Part shown: one piece after another, positions 54,290 to 64,000 of the stretch
Numbering within the stretch: the first letter of the stretch is position 1
How the letters are laid out: every line of letters begins with the position of its first letter
Origin: Octopus vulgaris
Taxonomy: Eukaryota
DNA: 64,000 nucleotides
Direction: 5' to 3'
NCBI GenBank assembly: GCA_951406725.2
Contig: OX597820.1
Location: forward strand, 30,070,001 to 30,134,000
Program-made: the position numbers and the translations under genes
The notes under the pieces: generated by a model
The model's database searches: none
What the model was told of the DNA's origin: nothing
The model's input: only the letters and a program-made list of their open reading frames with translations

Positions 54290-54665
54290 AGATCCCAGTA
54301 CTCGACTGGTACATAATTTTATCGACCTCGGAAACGATGAAAAGCAAAGTCCGCCTCAGCGAAATTTGAACTCAGAACGAAAAACCAGAAGAAATACCAG
54401 CGTACTAACGATTTTACCAGTTCGTCGCCTTACACTTTTCTGTAATAGGTTTCGAGTTTTGGCACAAGGCCTGCAATTTTAGGTAGGGTTGAAATCGATT
54501 ACATCACCCTTAGTGTTCGACTAGTACTTGTTTTATCGACCCCGAAAGGATAAAAGGAAAAGTCGACTCTTAGTGAGATTTGAACTCAGAACGTGAAGAC
54601 GGACGAAATGCCGCTAAGTATTTTGCACGCATAGCGCGCAAACGATTCTGCTAGCTCGCCGCCTT
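54290..54665 (-). mobile_element. Two tandem family A SINEs
   Basis: Two atcgac..gaaa.gat.aaa.g.aaagtc..tttgaactcagaacg blocks, each ending cgcctta. Confidence 0.8.
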
Positions 54666-55023
54666 AACACATTTCTGTAATTAAGAAGGAAGCATCTGTA
54701 ATGCGGTTATACATACACTCTATCAGAAAAAAACATATTTGGAAACCCAGTTGCTATTAAGTATTTAATTATAGACCGGTTTGATCATGGTTAACCTGCG
54801 TCTAAGCTACAATTGTCCCTCCCACTTTTCAAACACTCTCCTCCCGTCTCTTAATTCATCTCTCAATCTGGCTTTATATCTTTAAAACTTTTCTACTTCA
54901 CTCCTTCCAATTGCTATTCATTTACTTTCAGTCACTCACTAACACGATCATACCTTTCACCAACACCCAACCAATTTTCATAATTCGTTTTACTGTTTAT
55001 ACACCAATCTGTTTCCATCACTC

Positions 55024-55105
<82 letters not shown>

Positions 55106-55299
55106 CTTCTTTTCTGCCTTTTATTCTAAATATACGTTGCTTTTAAGGATCGTTATAGCCGGCTATAACGATACATGCAAGCTTTTTCCACCTGGATTTA
55201 CTACAATGTTATAAGATGTTGGAGTTTAAAGACCTACCAGTAAATGAGCTCTTGATGCTTTATACATCATCCCTTTTCATATACATACATACATATCTA

Positions 55300-55338
<39 letters not shown>

Positions 55339-55440
55339 ATAAAAATGGTAAGACAATAAAAGAAAGGAAGAGACCTCGATATTATGTAAATAGAGGAATT
55401 TATCTGTAAATGTAATATGTGACAATTATTCGGTAGCCAT

Positions 55441-55501
55441 GATAAAACTCCGAGTTTCGGATGCCGAGGTGGAAATCTTCGCCGCCATCTCTTCAGTTAT
55501 C
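55441..55501 (-). ncRNA. Type I hammerhead ribozyme motif
   Basis: GATAA-CTGAAGA-GATG..CATC-C-GAAA-CTC-G-GAG-T-T-TTATC: 5-bp stem I, extendable stem II, 4-bp stem III, GUU cleavage triplet. Confidence 0.75.
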
Positions 55502-55696
55502 CGGCCATCGGCAAAATGCTATGAGAAATGACCGTTATATAAAGGGAAATTACTGTGTGATTGATCGTTATTAAGGCAAAAGAGCTATTTGAATGACCGC
55601 TAAGTGAGGGAAGGGAGTAAAAGTAAGGGGGTAAAAAGTTCATAGTATTCGCGTATGCGCGCATGTTCATACCTGCACATGCGCGCCCGCACAAAA

Positions 55697-55737
<41 letters not shown>

Positions 55738-55746
55738 TATATGTTT

Positions 55747-56345
<599 letters not shown>

Positions 56346-57119
56346 AGTATATATATATACATGAAGTTAAGAAACTCACGTTCATTACTTAGAGTCGAAT
56401 GCACTCATCTAATCTATCAGATATACGTGATGAACGAAGTTTTAGCCACGTTTAATTTGCAAGGTGATTCCTTGTTAGTTGGTGGTAAACTAGAACCTCT
56501 AGTCACCTGCATATTTAGCTAATTTGATATGGCTGACTGTAACTCTTCCATATCAAAAATCGTTCTTTTGTATCATATCCTATATATACGATTCCAGAAT
56601 GTGCTACCTGTACACTGGAGAAAAATATAAAATAATATTTACAACGAATATGCTTGCTCGACCGAAATGAAACTTTGGTAGATGCCAGATTAAAATAATT
56701 TTATCAACTAGACTGAACAGCAACCACGATAAGCATCCAATGATTTCACAGCAGCGATGATTTCACAAGATCAGTGGAAGCATATTAATGCCAGCAGTAA
56801 GGCATTATTAAAATTAATTGATATCAGATATAAATATCCATAATATATGTCTAAAACATTTTTGCGAGTTCATATGTAAAAGAAATTTACGACGCAGACA
56901 AAACCACCTTAGCAAAGCAGGATGTGTATGACGTAATCAACAGGTAGATAAAACATAACTACAGAACCAAAGTAAGAAGTTTATTTCGCAACCACATGGC
57001 TCCGGGGTCACACTCATTGCGTTGAACCTTCCGTAAGTGTCTTCTACTATAGCCTGGGCCACCGAAGACTTTGTGAATGGATTAGGTGAGAGGAAACTGA
57101 AAGAAGCCTGAGTGTTCAA

Positions 57120-57659
<540 letters not shown>

Positions 57660-59179
57660 TATATAAATATATATATAACGGTGTGTGTGTGTTTGTCCTT
57701 GCCGTTATTCTCCAGTACTACCTGAGAACCGGTGTTGGTTTGTTTGCATCCTCGTAACTTAGTAGTTTGGCATCCGAGACCGACAAAATAGGTACCAAGT
57801 TTTAAAACGTAAGTACTGGGTCGATTCGTTCAGCTAAAACCTCAGCCAGGCCACTGTCCATTAATGAAAACAAAAGAAAAATTGAAGGAAAACACGACTC
57901 AGAACAAGTGAAAATATCCGAAAGGCAAACAGAGACAGTCCGACAACTGATTTTGCCAGCAGAACAGAAAACAATGTTTATACATATAAACTATTTCATG
58001 AAAAGAATTTCGGAATGACAGGCCAAGACCCCATCCTCCGATCCTTCCCATTCCCCTCTCGAACCCCCCAAAATGATGCATGGATAAACAATATCGAAGC
58101 TGTTCAATGACAAGACAGAACATCATGAAATATATCAAAAGCATCATCAGCGACATCCGATACAAAATATCAATGATATAGACATGCAACAAATTTAGCA
58201 ACGCAGGATATAAATGACGTAACCAACAGGCAGATACACCACAGTTTTAGAATCATCGAATAACCAAGCGGTAAAGAAAAAAACAAATCTAATAAAATAT
58301 GAAAGTATAATACAGTTTAGCAAAACAGGATGCGATTACAAAATGTGGAAGGAGAGAAAGAGCGAGTTACTAAGACTGGCCAATGGGAAGCGATTTACTG
58401 ATAAACAAATTCATATAAATAACTTCTGGATAACAACAGTATCTGAAAAACGATATATAGAAAAACAACTGTGAAAAATAGAATGACCATCGAATAAGCC
58501 AAAAATATCTTTAGCGATTTCAGATACAAGATTACAATTTAAAAAGTAAACAGAAGGGCAACTTTAACAAAGCATGATGTAAACAACAGACCGATACAGG
58601 GAAACTATTGAATCAGCTAATCAATAAACAGTAGGTAAATGAACAACACTAGCAAATCATGCTATAGCTTAGAAAGACTGGCTGCGATTACGCAGGACGA
58701 CTCCTGCATTAGTCTTTGGCAAACGATATACAGATAAACAATTTCCGAAAGACAACTTTTGAATAAAGGATCTAAAAACTATTTGTAGATAGATAAACAA
58801 CAGTAAAAATGACCAGTAAAAGTTGAACAACCAACGAATTGCCATGTGAAACGACGACAGCCTCAGGCAGCCTCACAATAAAACATCTTTTGAAACCAGC
58901 CAATGAAAGTGTCACATAGAGATAGAAGGCTGAACACCGCTAAAGTAAATAAAAGCAGCCTCAATATAGGACAATTTTCGCTTGAGGATCTTAGTGATGC
59001 AGAAATTGCGTCGTTAGGGAAAGTATAAATAAATATGACATTCTACATCCTGTATTGAGTACTTTATTCCGCTTTTGCAGACAGACGATAAAATTTGAAT
59101 GCTTATACATCCATACTTAACGATATATATATATATGAGTGTGTATGTGTGTGTACGTATACATACATACATACATACA

Positions 59180-59500
<321 letters not shown>

Positions 59501-59929
59501 AGTTATGGTTTTATATATGTATGTTGGTTTCCATCGAGCGATGGGAGAAGAGTGCTCAGCACATGTAGAGTATAAGATTTAATATTCAAATTAAAACGGT
59601 TTTTTCGCGACTCCAGTTTCAATCATTATAGTTCTTATAGGTGTTAGATCTCGTTATATTAGTCCCTCCAAGTTATCTTTCCTGCGCTTAATCCATATGA
59701 AAACCTATGGAAGACTAATACATTTTTGAAAGATTATCTAGGAAAGAATTTCCTCCAGAATTTGAACTTATATTATGTGTAGTATGGTGGGTTTTTTCTA
59801 TGATACAGAATGTTTAATTCTGTCTTACATTTTCACTCTCAAATCCATTGATTCATCGAGTTCTCTTATAAGAAATTGTTTACTTTTGTTATATTTCGTA
59901 AGTTCTTAAGTTTCTTCATTCAGAAACAG

Positions 59930-60438
<509 letters not shown>

Positions 60439-60511
60439 ATATGTATGTGTATATACACACAGACACATACATACATACATACATACATACATACATACAT
60501 ACATACATACA

Positions 60512-60545
<34 letters not shown>

Positions 60546-60561
60546 CATATATGTATGTTTG

Positions 60562-60615
<54 letters not shown>

Positions 60616-60616
60616 C

Positions 60617-61263
60617 ACAAGGGAGTACCTGAAAAAACCGGGATATTGCAATATTTTATTCACTTAGCTTTCCATGTTTACACTTTTATAGCCTTCAAAG
60701 TATTCTCCATTGGAAGCAATGCATCGGTCCAGACGCGTTTTCGCTATTCGAACCAGTGTTGAAACTCTTGCGAAGTGGTGCCTTTTAACGCCTCCGTCGT
60801 TTTTTTCCTCCACCTCTTCCACATTTGCAAATTCAAGGACACAGAAGTCATATCAACAAGTTCGGTGACAGTCCTCCAAGATCAGTTCATGAATTTTCAT
60901 GATGTTTTCATTTGTTCGGGAGGTCAACGGTCGCCCTTGAACGACAAGTGTCCATATCCTAAAACGTGAAAAACCACTCTTAAACTTGTGTTTTGCTCAT
61001 AGCAACGTCCTTGTAAGCTGTCATTTTCCTCAGCAGGAAAGAGAATTTCACGGAAGCACGGTGCTCCTTCGTTTCAGCCATCGCAAAATTCGACGAACAG
61101 GGGAAAAACATTGCAAAACAAAGACGAATCACGGATCAGACCCCACGACGCCGATCGACAGACTGATGTCTGAGGATCGCATCAAGTGGCTTCTAGCGAC
61201 AGAAGTCTGAACTAGAACGAGCTTGTCCCACAGGGGACGTTTCCGGATACTTTTGGGTACACC

Positions 61264-61269
<6 letters not shown>
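60617..61269 (-). mobile_element. Internally deleted, non-autonomous mariner
   Basis: Imperfect TIRs (agggagtacctgaaaaaaccggga and ttccggatacttttgggtacaccttc). Remnants of the transposase C-terminus (CIASNGEYFEG-like) and N-terminus remain. Confidence 0.72.
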
Positions 61270-61305
<36 letters not shown>

Positions 61306-61310
<5 letters not shown>

Positions 61311-62035
61311 GAGGGGCGTTAAATAAGTAATGCCCCTGACCCACTTCCCATAGCAGTAGAACAACGAAACTTGGCACAGTTATTAGACTTTTTCTACATA
61401 GGAACCACCCAGAGTTACGCATTTCTCCCATCGTTTGATGCAGCTCTGGAGACCGTTTTTGTAGAAGACCCCAGCTTGGTCCTCCAACCACAACGTGACT
61501 TCAGAAATCAAGGCTGCATCATCTGGGAAACGCTTTCCTTTCAAAAACAACTTCATGGCTGGGAAGAGGTGAAAATCAGAGGGTGCAAGGTCAAGAGAGT
61601 AGGAGGGATGGGAGAGGAGTTCATAGCCGCACGCCTGTGCTTCTGATCTGGTGACACGCGAGTTGTGGACCGGAGCGTTGTCCTGCAGGAGGAGGATGCC
61701 TTTGCTGATCTTGCCCCGCCTCTTGATTTTGATAGCTTCTCTTAAATACCTCAAAAGTGAAGCATAATAGGCTCCTGTAATTGTGGTACCCTTTGCCAGG
61801 AACTCTATCATCACTACTCTGTCCTGGTCCCAGAAGACTGTGAGCATGACCTTGCCATCGGAGGGCTGCACCCTTGCCTTCTTTGGAGGAGGTGAGTCAC
61901 GGTGCTTCCACTGCATTGACGGGGCTTTGGTCTCTGGACCATAGTGATGGACCCAGGTTTCATCCTGTGTAATCAGTCTTTTGAAAAATTTTGACTCATC
62001 TTCTTGGCACATCTCCAAATTCATCCTCGACCACT
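61306..62035 (-). mobile_element. Mariner 3' half with an uninterrupted DD34D catalytic-domain ORF
   Basis: ORF 61383..62075: ITQDETWVHHY, KVMLTVFWD, LLQDNAPVH, HPSYSLDLAPSDFHLF, with 34 residues between the second and third Asp. TIR cacgaggggcgttaaataagtaatgcc at about 61308. The 5' part is replaced by a SINE. Confidence 0.93.
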
Positions 62036-62039
62036 CGAC

Positions 62040-62488
<449 letters not shown>

Positions 62489-63524
62489 TGTACTTCTGAT
62501 GCGAATACGTCGAAACTCTGAACTCCCTGGCATTAACCTTTACCTTGTAAAAGTTTAGTACACATGCTCAACCAAGTAAAATAGTAAAAGACTATGTACT
62601 CTACTAAAAAGAAACGAGTAATCTTTCAGTTTAATGTAGCCTTTTATATGCATATAATCTGACATAGAAACAAACATTAATTTCCACATATGTGTGTGAG
62701 TGTGAGTGTGAGTGTATATGTACATGTTATTTTCCTTCCCGCCAAGTTTCCTCTTCGTCTTCCTTTTTTTCTTTTTTACCTCCCCTTTTTTCTCGTTCTT
62801 TCTCACTTTCTCTCAAAGAGCTGCCATGTTTATTCTGAACCTGAAAGACTTCAGGACATTAGACAGCACACTATGCAACCCCGTCCGATCACTGTATTAT
62901 CAGAACATAAAACTTATAGTAGCTCAATTTTAAATTCCTTTCTTTTTTTTTATTAAACAGTGTGTGTGTGAGAGAGAGAGAGAGATCCTGCGCCTCTCTC
63001 GTGACATCTCTACGTTACGAAATTGGTTTTCGACACTAAAATAAAAAATTCTGTTTCCGGTTCAATACGCATAATTTTTCTCTATCACATCTTACTCGTG
63101 CGTATGTTGGCTCACCCTAAGTAGTTTGTAAATATGGCTTTCTTATCATTAGTTCATATGAAAACCAGCTGAAGACGAATATATTTTTGAAAGCTTATCC
63201 GGAAGCGAATTTTATCCACTATCATTATTAATGTATTTTTCACATATTTTCTGTGTTGTGTGGATTTTTTTCTGCTTAAATCTGTGTCATATGCTTTTCG
63301 TTACGCGAAAATCTAATGTATCATTGTGTTATCTCGTGAGAAATATACTCCTCAGCTGCAAAGCTGTGAGATTGTTTTATATTCCACTTGTATGAATTAT
63401 ATACGTGTGCGTCCGGGTGTGGGAGTATGTTTGTGTACATGTGTGTGTGTCTGTATATATGTATGCTATGTATGCATAGTCGTATATATATATGTATATG
63501 TATGTCTCTCTATCTGACTCTCTC

Positions 63525-63560
<36 letters not shown>

Positions 63561-63648
63561 CGTGTATGGGTGCGAGTGTGTGTACATACATATATGTGGG
63601 GGTGCGTGCATGTATATATATATATAAGTACGTATGTATGTATGTATG

Positions 63649-63698
<50 letters not shown>

Positions 63699-64000
63699 TA
63701 CACACACACGCATATTAAAATTCGACTAGAGATTATGTTAGCCTCATGAAGATGGTGCCATCCAAGGAAATATTGGTAGAATACCAAATATTTTGGGGGA
63801 ATTGATTTCCTTAAAATAATAGGTATTTATATATAACCATGTATCAGGTCATCCCATAAGTTCTGTCCGATTTTACTTTTTTTTTTTAAATTGAATGAAA
63901 TTTAATAGTATTTTAGAATGTCTAATGGAATTTGAAATTATTTTTATGCATTTGTGCACATTTAAACTAATTAAATATTATTTTACAGAATAATAGAATT

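Noticed and set aside
57895-58260. Possible PLE/LINE coding relic or host exon
   Set aside because: Only vague similarity; no motif I can assign with confidence.
62490-62525. Hammerhead-like CTGATG..GAAAC
   Set aside because: Core incomplete (CTGATGC) and no stem III or stem I.

Overview
AT-rich, repeat-saturated eukaryotic non-coding DNA (intronic or intergenic); I find no convincing host protein-coding exon. The repeat make-up is several tRNA-headed SINE families, (TA)n/(CA)n/(GATA)n/(ATGT)n microsatellites, and mariner, hAT, Helitron, RTE, RLE-type LINE and Penelope-like relics. It suggests a cephalopod, probably Octopus, genome (inference). Most ORFs in the track are microsatellite artefacts; the informative ones are transposon relics. 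Main observations: (1) a SINE whose 71-bp tRNA-like Pol III head is amplified into 24 tandem copies with a 6-unit higher-order duplication, with a single-headed paralogue about 1 kb upstream; (2) several dispersed type I hammerhead-ribozyme motifs, the four best all on the minus strand, some tied to Penelope-like inverted-repeat structures; (3) long near-perfect hairpins; (4) head/tail module swapping among SINE families. Coordinates were read by eye and may be a few bases off.
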